From positions 1-49,695 of IMG/VR virus record IMGVR_UViG_3300024981_000261: 49,695 bases of DNA. One strand, 5' to 3'. Positions within the stretch are counted from its first letter, which is position 1. Every line of letters begins with the position of its first letter. Of this stretch, positions 7,727 through 17,313 are shown one piece after another. The stretch comes from a virus (taxonomy: Duplodnaviria > Caudoviricetes). The translations under genes were made by a program, and so were the position numbers. Below the pieces are notes generated by a model, which saw nothing but the letters and a program-made list of their open reading frames with translations, did not search any database and was not told the origin of the DNA.

Positions 7727-8160
7727 TGAAACTATTATTATTGAATACAAGTGAAGGCTTGAAGCCCTGCTATGATGAAGATTACGAAGAAAAAAAGAAA
7801 CTAAGATCAGGAAAGGTATATCAAGCTGAAATAAAGTTAGCCAGAAACGTAGAGTTTCATAGGAAATATTTTAAACTTATAAACCTAAGTTGGGAATATC
7901 AAAATGAAAATAGACAAAAGCATTTTAAAAATAACGTTAATGCTTTTCGAAAATCCGTTGAGATGTCAGCAGGACACTGCGATACTATTTACTCTATCCC
8001 TCGTAATGAATGGATAGAAACGCCAAAATCTATATCGTTCGACAAGATGGACGAAATAGAATTTCAAGACCTCTATGACAGAGTAAAAGATGTTCTATTC
8101 AATGTCTTTCTGAAAAAGGTAAGCGAAGATGAATTTATGAAAAACCTAGTAAATTTTTAA
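7726..8160 (+). CDS. DUF1367-like phage protein
   Basis: RNVEFHRKYF and PKSISFDKMDEIEF motifs. Confidence 0.7.
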   Translation: MKLLLLNTSEGLKPCYDEDYEEKKKLRSGKVYQAEIKLARNVEFHRKYFKLINLSWEYQNENRQKHFKNNVNAFRKSVEMSAGHCDTIYSIPRNEWIETPKSISFDKMDEIEFQDLYDRVKDVLFNVFLKKVSEDEFMKNLVNF

Positions 8161-8164
8161 TACA

Positions 8165-8497
8165 ATGAAACAAAAAATAAAGAAACTATTAGAAGTATTA
8201 TCCTTGCTTATATTAAATAAGATAGGATATGACTTCAACCATTGCGAGTTTAACAACTACAACTCTAATAAATATTTCAGAGATACGGAAATTAAGCCTA
8301 TGCCTATTGAAAAATACGTAGACTACCTAAAACCAGGATTTGATATTGATTATGAGAAAAAAGAATTTGTAAAGCATATCAAGCGTGAAGTATTGAAACA
8401 AATTGATATTTCTGACATATTTATATCGGATTCACGCAAAAAGAAGCTAAAATATAGGTTCCTATTTGTAATGTTCAAGATAAATAATAGTAAATAA
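8165..8497 (+). CDS. Hypothetical protein
   Basis: ORF track. Confidence 0.6.
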   Translation: MKQKIKKLLEVLSLLILNKIGYDFNHCEFNNYNSNKYFRDTEIKPMPIEKYVDYLKPGFDIDYEKKEFVKHIKREVLKQIDISDIFISDSRKKKLKYRFLFVMFKINNSK

Positions 8498-8510
8498 ACA
8501 GACAAAGGCA

Positions 8511-8813
8511 ATGGCTATAAAACAAATAAGCAAGAAACAAGCTCAAAGAAACAGGGCGGTAGCGAAGATTAAATCAGAGTTGCCGCCTTTTTGTTTCATA
8601 TGCCATAGACACACGGTGATAGATGCAGCTCATTTACTACCTAAAAGCATTTATCCCGAACATTATACGAATCCTTTAAATATAGTCGGTCTGTGTCGTG
8701 ACTGTCATAACAGCTATGACAATGACTTACTATTCCGTCAACAACAAGACGATGTATTTAAAAGGATATGCGAGTTTGACGAACGGTCAGCTATAAGATA
8801 TTTTCAATTATGA
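8511..8813 (+). CDS. Small HNH nuclease, NinG/Ref-like
   Basis: CxxC, DAAH, NIVGLCRDCH. Confidence 0.7.
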   Translation: MAIKQISKKQAQRNRAVAKIKSELPPFCFICHRHTVIDAAHLLPKSIYPEHYTNPLNIVGLCRDCHNSYDNDLLFRQQQDDVFKRICEFDERSAIRYFQL

Positions 8814-9124
8814 AATACAGAAATATAAAATCTGGAAAGTACGATTCTGAAAAAGAAAAGCACAGAGCCGATTTATTAAAGTTGCTCGAAAAGCAAGGCG
8901 AAATATCCAACTTGAAAGAACAGGTCAAATTTGAGCTGATACCCTCTCAGAAAATAGATGGTAAATTAATTGAAAGAGCTTGCTCTTACATCGCTGATTT
9001 TACCTACTGTGATGTTCATGGGAATTTCATAGTAGAAGATACAAAAGGCTTTAAAACAAAAGACTACATCATCAAAAGGAAGCTGATGTTATCGGTTCAC
9101 GGGATCAAAATAAAAGAAGTATAA
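8810..9124 (+). CDS. DUF1064 PD-(D/E)xK endonuclease
   Basis: YDSEKE, YIADFTY, VEDTKG. Confidence 0.85.
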   Translation: MKYRNIKSGKYDSEKEKHRADLLKLLEKQGEISNLKEQVKFELIPSQKIDGKLIERACSYIADFTYCDVHGNFIVEDTKGFKTKDYIIKRKLMLSVHGIKIKEV

Positions 9125-9151
9125 AATATTATAAACTTAAAATTAAAGAGT

Positions 9152-9604
9152 ATGCAAAATTGGTTTCAGGTTAAAGCAACCTATGAAAAAATGCTTGAAA
9201 ATGGAACACAAAAGAAAGTGACAGAATCATTTTTATTGGATAGCCTTTCTTTTACGGAAGCCGAATCAAGGGCGGTAGAAGAGTTGAAACCGTATATCAG
9301 TGGTGAGTTTACTATTGCCGATATAAAGAGAGCTAGACTATCCGAACTATTCTTTAATGACAACGGCGATAGATATTTCAAAGCTAAAGTCTGCTTTATC
9401 ACTTTGGACGAGAAAAGCGGTACAGAAAAGAAAACATCCGTTCAAATGCTCGCTCAGGCTTCAAGCTTAAGAGAGGCTTTGCAAGTCGTAAACAAAGGTA
9501 TGGACGGAACTCTAGCGGACTATTTCATCGCCTCTCTATCAGAAACAGCCATTATGGATGTATTTCCGTATTCAGAAGAACAGAAAAAGAAAATTCAACT
9601 GTAA
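9152..9604 (+). CDS. DUF4494-like protein
   Basis: LSFTEAE, DEKSGTEKK, ETAIMDVF motifs of this Bacteroidetes family. Confidence 0.8.
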   Translation: MQNWFQVKATYEKMLENGTQKKVTESFLLDSLSFTEAESRAVEELKPYISGEFTIADIKRARLSELFFNDNGDRYFKAKVCFITLDEKSGTEKKTSVQMLAQASSLREALQVVNKGMDGTLADYFIASLSETAIMDVFPYSEEQKKKIQL

Positions 9605-9610
9605 GCAACT

Positions 9611-9988
9611 ATGGAAACAATTATTAAATCAGCATCCGTAAAAGTGATGCTAAGCTACGACTATTCTCACTTCGAGGCTTCAATGTCGGTTGAAAATGAA
9701 AGCGGTCTAACAATGTCAGATATCGACGATGCTCGTAAAAAGTGCCAACGGTTAGCCGATAAAGCAGTAGGACAATACAAGAAAGCCAAGCAGATGGCTT
9801 CTAATCGTTCAGACGGTGAATATCAGATGCGAAACTTCCAAGAACAATGCGAACGTATCAAAGCTAAAGACGAACAAGATCGTACCATTAAAGAAATTGC
9901 GATGCTAAAACAATATGAAGATGAAAACTGGCAAGCGAATTTCATGTATGAATACAATTATGACGATGACGACGATTACAGACTGTGA
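9611..9988 (+). CDS. Hypothetical protein
   Basis: ORF track. Confidence 0.75.
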   Translation: METIIKSASVKVMLSYDYSHFEASMSVENESGLTMSDIDDARKKCQRLADKAVGQYKKAKQMASNRSDGEYQMRNFQEQCERIKAKDEQDRTIKEIAMLKQYEDENWQANFMYEYNYDDDDDYRL

Positions 9989-10038
9989 ATAATCCCTATA
10001 TGGGTGGTATTGTTTCGGGTTCGACTCCCGAACAGTTA
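9981..10038 (+). ncRNA. Minimal tRNA-like element: acceptor-like stem plus T arm, no anticodon arm
   Basis: GACTGT/ACAGTT stem; TCGGG-TTCGACT-CCCGA T arm at 10015-10031; small hairpin near 9992-10005. Confidence 0.5.
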
Positions 10039-10085
10039 CGAAAATAAGTATTAACCAATCCGGGCCCGGTTAAACTTTAATTAAA

Positions 10086-11462
10086 ATGGAAACTAAAAAT
10101 AAAGAGTATATAGAGTTTATTGAACGGAAAAAAAAGCGACCTAAAGAATGGGGTTTTTCGGTTGACGAATCGAAATTAAATCCGCTAATGTTCGAATTTC
10201 AAAGGTATTGTGTTAAGCGAGCTGTAGAAGTAGGTAGGTTTGCATTATTCGAAGATTGCGGACTTGGAAAGACTTTTCAACAATTAGAGTGGTGCAAGCA
10301 AATAAACGAAAAAGAACAAAGACCAGTAATTATACTTACGCCTCTAGCAGTATCAGGGCAAACGATTAAAGAAGCTGAAAAGTTTGGTTATTCAATAGAA
10401 CGGCTAAAAGATGATGTTAATCTAAAAAATAAAATATACATCATCAATTACGATCAGATTGAAAACATAGATGCCGCTTTATTTTGTGGAGTAGCTTTAG
10501 ATGAAAGTTCGATTCTTAAAAACTTTGAAGGCAAAATGAGAAATCAGCTCATAGATAGATTCCAAAACACACCTTATAAAAGTTGTTGGACGGCTACGCC
10601 ATCTCCAAATGATCCGATGGAGTTAGGTAATCATTCAGAATTCCTAGGAGTTATGACACGAAGCGAAATGCTATCTATGTATTTCGTGCATGACGGAGGT
10701 GACACTGCAAAATGGAGAATAAAAGGTCATGCGGAAAAGGACTTCTGGCGGTGGGTGTCTACATGGGCAATAATGATAAGCAAGCCATCTGACATTGGAT
10801 TTGACGATACAGGATATATTCTCCCAGAACTTAATATGATAGAAACAATCATAGAAACGCATAAGCGTGACAATGGTATGTTATTCAATGATATTGCAGT
10901 CAATGCTACCAACTTTAATAAAGAGCTTAAATTAACCCTTGTTGATAGGCTTGATAGTGTAGCTGATATAGTAAATAATTCAACGGATAATTTTATTATC
11001 TGGATTAAACAGGATGCTGAAGGGGAATACTTAAGAAAATTAATTCCTGATGCTATCGAAGTAAAAGGAAGCGATAAACCGGAGCTGAAAGAAAGCAGAT
11101 TATTAGGGTTTGCAAATAATGAATTTAGAGTGCTGATAACCAAAGCAAAGATTGCTCAATATGGTTTGAATTATCAAAACTGCCATAATCAGATATTCGC
11201 TTCTCTAGATTTCTCATTTGAATCGGTCTATCAGGCTATACGCAGATCATTAAGATTCGGTCAACAACACATGGTAAATATCTATATAGTAACAACCGAT
11301 ACTATGCAGAATGTATTAGCCAACATAAAAGATAAGCAAGATAAATTTTACGAAATGCAAAAACACATGGTAGATGCAATGCGCAGCGTATTTACTGTTA
11401 AGAAAAAAAAGGAATCGCAAGAAGTTGATTTTGAATTACCAAAATTTTTAAAAGCCTCATAA
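10086..11462 (+). CDS. SF2/SNF2-like helicase-ATPase
   Basis: DCGLGKT, LDES, TATP, GLNYQ, QAIRRSLRFGQ. Confidence 0.9.
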   Translation: METKNKEYIEFIERKKKRPKEWGFSVDESKLNPLMFEFQRYCVKRAVEVGRFALFEDCGLGKTFQQLEWCKQINEKEQRPVIILTPLAVSGQTIKEAEKFGYSIERLKDDVNLKNKIYIINYDQIENIDAALFCGVALDESSILKNFEGKMRNQLIDRFQNTPYKSCWTATPSPNDPMELGNHSEFLGVMTRSEMLSMYFVHDGGDTAKWRIKGHAEKDFWRWVSTWAIMISKPSDIGFDDTGYILPELNMIETIIETHKRDNGMLFNDIAVNATNFNKELKLTLVDRLDSVADIVNNSTDNFIIWIKQDAEGEYLRKLIPDAIEVKGSDKPELKESRLLGFANNEFRVLITKAKIAQYGLNYQNCHNQIFASLDFSFESVYQAIRRSLRFGQQHMVNIYIVTTDTMQNVLANIKDKQDKFYEMQKHMVDAMRSVFTVKKKKESQEVDFELPKFLKAS

Positions 11463-11464
11463 TT

Positions 11465-12331
11465 ATGATACGAAATAAATTTATAACAGATGAGTTTGCA
11501 TTATATCATGGTGATTGCGTGGAAGTAACCCCTCTGATACCCAGTGAATCTATCGGCCTATCAATATTTTCTCCACCTTTTGCAGAACTATATACATATT
11601 CTGATGAAGTTGCAGATATGGGAAACTCTAAAGACTATAACGAGTTTCTTTTTGCTTTCTCTTTTCTTGTGAAAGAGTTATTCCGGATAACTATGCAAGG
11701 TAGAAATGTATGTGTTCACTGTATGGATTTGCCTATACAGAAAGGTAAAGAAGGGTTTATAGGATTAAGGGACTTCTCAAATATGATAAGAGAATCTTTC
11801 GAAAGAGAAGGGTTTATTTATCATTCACGGATAACAATATGGAAAGATCCGGTTGTAGAGATGCAGCGTACTAAAGCTCTTGGGCTACTCCATAAGCAAG
11901 TTAAGAAAGATAGTACAATGAGCCGTGTAGGTCTTCCGGATTATGTATTAGTTTTCCGTAAAGATGGAGAAAGAAATAATCCAGTTCATTGTGATATTAA
12001 TGTTGATACTTGGCAAAAATATGCTTCTCCAGTGTGGGATGATATAAACTACTCGAACACTCTAAATTTAAAGGGTAGCCGTGATGAAAAAGATGAAAAA
12101 CATATATGTCCTTTGCAGTTAGATACTATTGATAGGTTATTAACATTGTATTCAAACGAAGGTGATACGGTGCTTACTCCTTTCCTTGGAATTGGTTCTG
12201 AAGTATATCAGTCTGTATTGCGTAATAGAAAAGCTATCGGAATAGAACTAAAGGAAAGCTACTATAATGCAGCTGTACGAAATTGTAATAATGCTTTAGA
12301 ATCAAAGAAACAATTATCAATGTTCACATGA
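11465..12331 (+). CDS. Beta-class N4/N6 DNA methyltransferase
   Basis: FSPPF catalytic motif before PFLGIGS SAM-binding motif; SPP(F/Y) suggests m4C. Confidence 0.9.
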   Translation: MIRNKFITDEFALYHGDCVEVTPLIPSESIGLSIFSPPFAELYTYSDEVADMGNSKDYNEFLFAFSFLVKELFRITMQGRNVCVHCMDLPIQKGKEGFIGLRDFSNMIRESFEREGFIYHSRITIWKDPVVEMQRTKALGLLHKQVKKDSTMSRVGLPDYVLVFRKDGERNNPVHCDINVDTWQKYASPVWDDINYSNTLNLKGSRDEKDEKHICPLQLDTIDRLLTLYSNEGDTVLTPFLGIGSEVYQSVLRNRKAIGIELKESYYNAAVRNCNNALESKKQLSMFT

Positions 12332-12531
12332 AACAAAACAAGCAGCAACTAGAACAAAAGATAGAGGAGGTACTAAGTTATCTCCTTTGTCATAATATGG
12401 CAGATATGGACGGTAGAGAGTTTAGTTTAATAGCTCGAAACTTTCACTCTTTATGTATGCGATCTGAGAACTTCGGAATAAAATCTTATGGGCGTGGCTC
12501 CCATTTGGATAGTATAAGACCTTTAAGATAA
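12328..12531 (+). CDS. Hypothetical protein
   Basis: ORF track, ATGA overlap. Confidence 0.55.
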   Translation: MKQNKQQLEQKIEEVLSYLLCHNMADMDGREFSLIARNFHSLCMRSENFGIKSYGRGSHLDSIRPLR

Positions 12532-12542
12532 AATTACATATT

Positions 12543-12716
12543 ATGAATATACGTGACATGACAATAGATCAGCTTAAAGAATGAATTATTCGGTGCAAAG
12601 ATCGTTTAGCATGGAATAATTACGGATTAATGAAAACAAAAGAAAGAGTTATTGCAGCTAAAAAGGAATATGAGCATGAGCTTGAAAATAGAGGTGTAAA
12701 ACAATTAGATTTTTAA
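12543..12716 (+). pseudogene. Small ORF interrupted by in-frame TGA
   Basis: MNIRDMTIDQLKE*IIRCKDRLAW...QLDF; TGA at 12582-12584; frame fills the gap exactly. Confidence 0.55.
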
Positions 12717-12720
12717 TAAT

Positions 12721-13449
12721 ATGGCACAGCTAGGATTTACATTTTATCCTAAAGATTGGTGGACGAGTGATTCGTTCTATGCTTTGAATCCGTTCGAAAG
12801 ATACATTTACCTTGAATTGTTATTCATGATGTATGACAATGAGGGAAGTATAAAAAACGATAAGATTAAAGTTGAGCGTCGCTTAAGTACCACAATAAAG
12901 GATGATGTATGGTCAAAGATTACCGATTTAATGGTCAAAGATGGTGACCAATTGACCCATAATAGTGTCAACAAAAGACTATCAAGAGCTATATCAAGTA
13001 GAGAGAATGGAAAGAAAGGAGGGCGACCTAAAAAAGAAATCGAAAAACCTACAAAACCTAAATTAGAAACCCAGAAAAACCCACCTTTAGAAATAGAAAG
13101 AGAAATAGAAAATAAAGAAAAAGAAATAAATAAAGAAAAAGTTTTTTTATTAAACGGAGAAGAAAAAATAATTTCTCAATACTTGATGCCATTCTTAATT
13201 GAAATGCTAGATGATGATATAACCATTGAGCGTATTTGTATGAATCATCGTTTAACGCCTGATATACTAAAAGATCATATAAAGCAATTTTTTGTTCTAC
13301 GGTCTAACGAGAATAATAAAGAAATACAGGTATTAAATGATGCTCAATCATATTTCTACAGATGGTTAAAATGCGAACTTGAAAAAAAGAAAAAAGATGA
13401 ACAACCGAAAGAAACAGGACCAACATCAAGATATAAACTCGTTAGGTAA
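12721..13449 (+). CDS. Replication initiator, DUF1376/YdaU-like N-terminus
   Basis: FYPKDW, ENGKKGGRP, low-complexity linker; directly before DnaB. Confidence 0.75.
   Translation: MAQLGFTFYPKDWWTSDSFYALNPFERYIYLELLFMMYDNEGSIKNDKIKVERRLSTTIKDDVWSKITDLMVKDGDQLTHNSVNKRLSRAISSRENGKKGGRPKKEIEKPTKPKLETQKNPPLEIEREIENKEKEINKEKVFLLNGEEKIISQYLMPFLIEMLDDDITIERICMNHRLTPDILKDHIKQFFVLRSNENNKEIQVLNDAQSYFYRWLKCELEKKKKDEQPKETGPTSRYKLVR
13025..13150. other. Candidate replication origin inside initiator gene
   Basis: Repeated AAACC units followed by purine-rich GAAA(T)A repeats; lambdoid ori position. Confidence 0.4.
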
Positions 13450-14800
13450 AATACAACCGCAAGCATTAGAACTTGAAGAAGCAGTATTAGGAGCTTTATT
13501 ACTTGAGAAAACAGCTTATCAGGCAATTGATAATATTATTTCAGAAGAAGATTTCTATTCAGATATCCATAAATCTATATTCTCTTCGATTCTAAAGTTG
13601 ATTAGCAAAAGAGAGCCAGTAGATATGCTTACGGTTGTTCAGCAATTAAAAAAAGATGGAGAACTTGAATCCGTAGGCGGTCCATTATATATTTCTCAAC
13701 TTACGGACAGAGTAGGATCTGCTTCTCATATTGAATATCATGCTAGGATTATAGCACAAAAGGCTATCAGTAGAAGAATAATACAAGCTGCAACAGATAT
13801 TCAGCGTATGGCTTATGATGAAACACAAGATGTTGCAGAGACATTAGAATATTTTGAAAAGTCTTTATCTGCGGTACAGCCTAAAAACTCGAATACGCAG
13901 TCTTTAATTATGTCAGAGGCTTTGAGTTTGACTTTAGATGCAGCAAACGAACGTCAATCACAATTAAACCGTGGTGAAATTTCATGTATACCTACAAATA
14001 TTGAGTCTCTTACAAGGTCCTTAGATGGTGGATGGAGAAAGCCTGATCTTATAATCATAGGAGCGCGCCCAAGTATGGGGAAAACACAAATGGCTCTTTC
14101 TTTTGCTAAATCTGCTGCAGAAAGTGGTAGTACGGTTGGTTTATTCTCAATTGAGATGAATACAGAACAGTTAGTCAATAGATACTTACTTGAAGATGAA
14201 AGAATAGATACTCGGAATTTGCTTACAGGGCAATTGTCAAATCAAGAGTGGGAAGCTATTGACGAACAGTCAGGAAAGTTATATAATCTACCTATTCACA
14301 TATTAGACCATCATTCTATACGGTATCTGAATAATATAAAATCAGAAGCTCGCAGGCTAAAAAGAAAGAATGACTTAAAGTTACTGATAGTAGACTACTT
14401 GGGGCTTATACGTACAAATATGAAATTCGAGCGTAGACAACTTGAAATAGCTTATATCACCAGTGAGCTTAAGAGTTTGGCGAAAGAACTCGGTATTCCT
14501 ATTATTGTTCTGTCTCAATTAAGTAGACCTGAAAAAGGCGGTAAAGTAAGAGTCCCACGATTAGAGGACCTAAGAGAGTCCGGAGATATAGAACAAGATG
14601 CAGATATGGTATTATTCATTCATAAACCGGATTATTATGATCCTGATTTAACTGAATGGTCCAACATGGGGATGATCGTTATTTCAAAGTATCGTAATGG
14701 AGAAAGAAATAAGGTTGTGCAGTTCGCTCATGATAGTAGATATAAAAAGATATTCGAACCAACAGGACCTACACCAACAATCGATAACGTACCCTTCTAG
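13397..14800 (+). CDS. dnaB: Replicative DNA helicase
   Basis: EEAVLGALL, GARPSMGKT, VDYLGL, LSQLSR, LRESGDIEQDAD. Confidence 0.95.
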   Translation: MNNRKKQDQHQDINSLGKIQPQALELEEAVLGALLLEKTAYQAIDNIISEEDFYSDIHKSIFSSILKLISKREPVDMLTVVQQLKKDGELESVGGPLYISQLTDRVGSASHIEYHARIIAQKAISRRIIQAATDIQRMAYDETQDVAETLEYFEKSLSAVQPKNSNTQSLIMSEALSLTLDAANERQSQLNRGEISCIPTNIESLTRSLDGGWRKPDLIIIGARPSMGKTQMALSFAKSAAESGSTVGLFSIEMNTEQLVNRYLLEDERIDTRNLLTGQLSNQEWEAIDEQSGKLYNLPIHILDHHSIRYLNNIKSEARRLKRKNDLKLLIVDYLGLIRTNMKFERRQLEIAYITSELKSLAKELGIPIIVLSQLSRPEKGGKVRVPRLEDLRESGDIEQDADMVLFIHKPDYYDPDLTEWSNMGMIVISKYRNGERNKVVQFAHDSRYKKIFEPTGPTPTIDNVPF

Positions 14801-14821
14801 CAGCTTTCGAGTTGCTTTTTT
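14799..14821 (+). terminator. Intrinsic terminator
   Basis: AGCAGCT-TTCG-AGTTGCT followed by T run. Confidence 0.7.
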
Positions 14822-14849
14822 AATTAACAACTAACAATATTTTAAAGCT

Positions 14850-15560
14850 ATGAAAGAGATAAACATAGACGGTATAACATATGTGCCGAAAGATTCTGTT
14901 TCGCCGAGTGTGGATGAGTCAGTTAAAACTCACTCAACATACATAGAAACTACACCTGAAAACTTCTATCAAATTAGATGGCTTGACAAGTATATGGTAA
15001 AGCATAAAGGCTTTATTGCTGGAGGCTGCTTTAAGAATATCCTGTCAGGAGAAAGAGTGAAAGATATTGATGTGTTCTTTGAAAATGAAGTAGATTTCCT
15101 TGAAGCAGTTGATCTATTCAATAGTGATGACCTTGTTAAAGAAGGATGGAAGTTTAAATACCGAAATGAGAAAGTCTGTGCATTTCAAAAAGAGGGCGAA
15201 AAGACTTGGATTGAGCTTATCCAGTCCGAATTTGGAACACCCGAAGAAATATTAAGAAGTTTCGACTTTACAGTCGCTAAAATGGCGTATTTCAAAAAGG
15301 AGGTTGAATCGGAAGGTCGAAGTAAGGTAGAGTATACCATACTACACCATCCAAATTTCTTTGAACACTTACATATGAAGAGATTAGTCATTGACGAAAA
15401 TATTCCATTTCCTATTAGCACATGGGAGCGGACATATAGATACGCTAAGTATGGATATAAGATGTGTAGAGAAACTAAGAAGAAATTATTAGATGCAATA
15501 AGAAACACCACTCCGTCAGAAAATGATCTTTCAATGTACAATGTCGGTGGCTGGGATTAA
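14850..15560 (+). CDS. Nucleotidyltransferase, CCA/poly(A) polymerase head-like
   Basis: IAGGC...KDIDVF and FDFTV motifs. Confidence 0.7.
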   Translation: MKEINIDGITYVPKDSVSPSVDESVKTHSTYIETTPENFYQIRWLDKYMVKHKGFIAGGCFKNILSGERVKDIDVFFENEVDFLEAVDLFNSDDLVKEGWKFKYRNEKVCAFQKEGEKTWIELIQSEFGTPEEILRSFDFTVAKMAYFKKEVESEGRSKVEYTILHHPNFFEHLHMKRLVIDENIPFPISTWERTYRYAKYGYKMCRETKKKLLDAIRNTTPSENDLSMYNVGGWD

Positions 15561-15597
15561 TACAGATGAAGAACTTAAAATTTAAATTAATACAGAA

Positions 15598-16173
15598 ATG
15601 GAACTTGAATTAAAGCATTTGGCTCCGTATTTGCCGTATGGGCTGAAAGGAATAGCCTATGTATCAAAAGATATAGCACTAGACTATGTAGATATTATAG
15701 GATGCAATCGTAGCGAACTTTATTGTGAGTATACCTCGGAAAGGTATAAGAATATGAGTGGTACAAGAAAATGGTTTGATCTTTATGAAGTCAAGCCTAT
15801 CCTTCTCCCTATATCCTCACTCTACACAGAAATGGAAGATGGGAAAGTGCCGATGAAAGTAATAGGTGAAATGTTAGAATATGACCTAAAGAAATATACA
15901 TACGATGATGGAGATGTATTCTATGGATTTGATTTAACAGATGCCTCTATCCCGTATAAAGTACCTATGGAAGATAGAGAAATATACTTCATCTATTTTG
16001 ACTCTCAATCTCATTGGTTCTATATGGTTAATCAGTTTTTAGAAGTAGATTCTAATTGTGAACATATCCCATTCAGTTTAGAGGTTGCCGATTATTTAGA
16101 TAGCCTTCATTTTGATTGGCGTTACGGCTTAATAGACAAAGGACTGGCACTAGACAAAACAAAAATAAAATGA
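15598..16173 (+). CDS. Hypothetical phage protein
   Basis: LAPYLPYGLK, KPILLP, HFD..GLIDKGLA. Confidence 0.75.
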   Translation: MELELKHLAPYLPYGLKGIAYVSKDIALDYVDIIGCNRSELYCEYTSERYKNMSGTRKWFDLYEVKPILLPISSLYTEMEDGKVPMKVIGEMLEYDLKKYTYDDGDVFYGFDLTDASIPYKVPMEDREIYFIYFDSQSHWFYMVNQFLEVDSNCEHIPFSLEVADYLDSLHFDWRYGLIDKGLALDKTKIK

Positions 16174-16349
16174 AACGATTTAAGGAAAAAATAAAAGCTA
16201 TATGGCACATCATAACCGATAGCGAGTATATCGTTTTTACTGCAACTATTAAAAACAATAAGCTTCAATCAGGTTGTGCCTTAATCTCTGATAACGTAAG
16301 TAATATTACGATTGATTGTACTATAGAAACATTAGTTAAAAATTTATAG
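16170..16349 (+). CDS. Hypothetical protein
   Basis: ATG at 16170 overlaps upstream stop. Confidence 0.6.
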   Translation: MKRFKEKIKAIWHIITDSEYIVFTATIKNNKLQSGCALISDNVSNITIDCTIETLVKNL

Positions 16350-16351
16350 CT

Positions 16352-16654
16352 ATGGAATTTAAAGGAACAAAGACAAGAAAAGGCGAACTAAAATGGATTC
16401 GCTCAAATATGGGATTTCAAGTATTAACGGCTGATTCTTATTATTCAGTTTGTGAAGCTGTTGGAAAAAGAGGGCAAGAAGAACAGATTGCCAACGCTCA
16501 ACTAATAGCTGCTGCACCTGAACTGCTACAAGCATTACAATCATTTGCAAATGGTATAAGAGAAAGAGGCTATGCAGGTCACCTATCAGATTACTTAAAG
16601 TATGCTGATACTATCATCGCCAAAGCACTCGGAAAGGAGGCAGACGATGAGTAA
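16352..16654 (+). CDS. Small conserved phage protein
   Basis: ANAQLIAAAPELL motif. Confidence 0.75.
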   Translation: MEFKGTKTRKGELKWIRSNMGFQVLTADSYYSVCEAVGKRGQEEQIANAQLIAAAPELLQALQSFANGIRERGYAGHLSDYLKYADTIIAKALGKEADDE

Positions 16655-16889
16655 GGATGGTATAGTAATGATGGTACTTCTTTTTATTGTTATGGTAATA
16701 TCAGCAATAGTAGTCACCATCCAAGACGAAACGATAGAGGTCTATGAGAAACACAACGAGATGCAGCAGCGAGCTATAGATAATTGCAGAGAGAATAAAA
16801 TATTTTCCGATTCTATAATTAACATACTTGAGAAAATTAAAGTAACAAAAATTACAATAATAGAAAAAGATACAGTGAGCAATGAGTAA
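16647..16889 (+). CDS. Small membrane-anchored protein
   Basis: N-terminal TM helix. Confidence 0.6.
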   Translation: MSKDGIVMMVLLFIVMVISAIVVTIQDETIEVYEKHNEMQQRAIDNCRENKIFSDSIINILEKIKVTKITIIEKDTVSNE

Positions 16890-17313
16890 GATAACAACTT
16901 TCGAGCAAGCAAAGAGATTACAAGCATTAGGAATATATATAGTTTCTGATTGCGGATATGTAGGATATACTAAAAGCGGTGAGCTTGTTTCTCGACGAAA
17001 ATTCAAAGAGGATAAAGATTATCAACTTATTCCTTCATGGATAAGAGTATATACCGTTTCAGATGCTCTTGATTGGGTAAGAGAGGAGTTTAATCTGATG
17101 TGTGGTGTGTATCCAACTATGAGACCATCTACAGCAATTGATAATCCAAAATGGGCTGCCTATAGGTGGTCAATAATGGAATATGAACGAGATTCTGAAA
17201 CAGGTATAAATAAAGTGGAATATATTGAAAGAAATGAATGGTTCGACACTCACCATCTCGCATCTTCTGCCCTACTTGATGCAGTACTAACCTATTTAGA
17301 AGAAAAGAAATGA
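16882..17313 (+). CDS. Hypothetical protein
   Basis: ORF track. Confidence 0.7.
   Translation: MSKITTFEQAKRLQALGIYIVSDCGYVGYTKSGELVSRRKFKEDKDYQLIPSWIRVYTVSDALDWVREEFNLMCGVYPTMRPSTAIDNPKWAAYRWSIMEYERDSETGINKVEYIERNEWFDTHHLASSALLDAVLTYLEEKK

Noticed and set aside
10086-12331. Complete restriction-modification, DISARM or BREX system
   Set aside because: No adjacent nuclease or partner genes; the PLD gene is 11 kb away in packaging context
12582-12584. Genome-wide stop-codon reassignment
   Set aside because: All long genes are intact under the standard code and TGA/TAG end many genes normally
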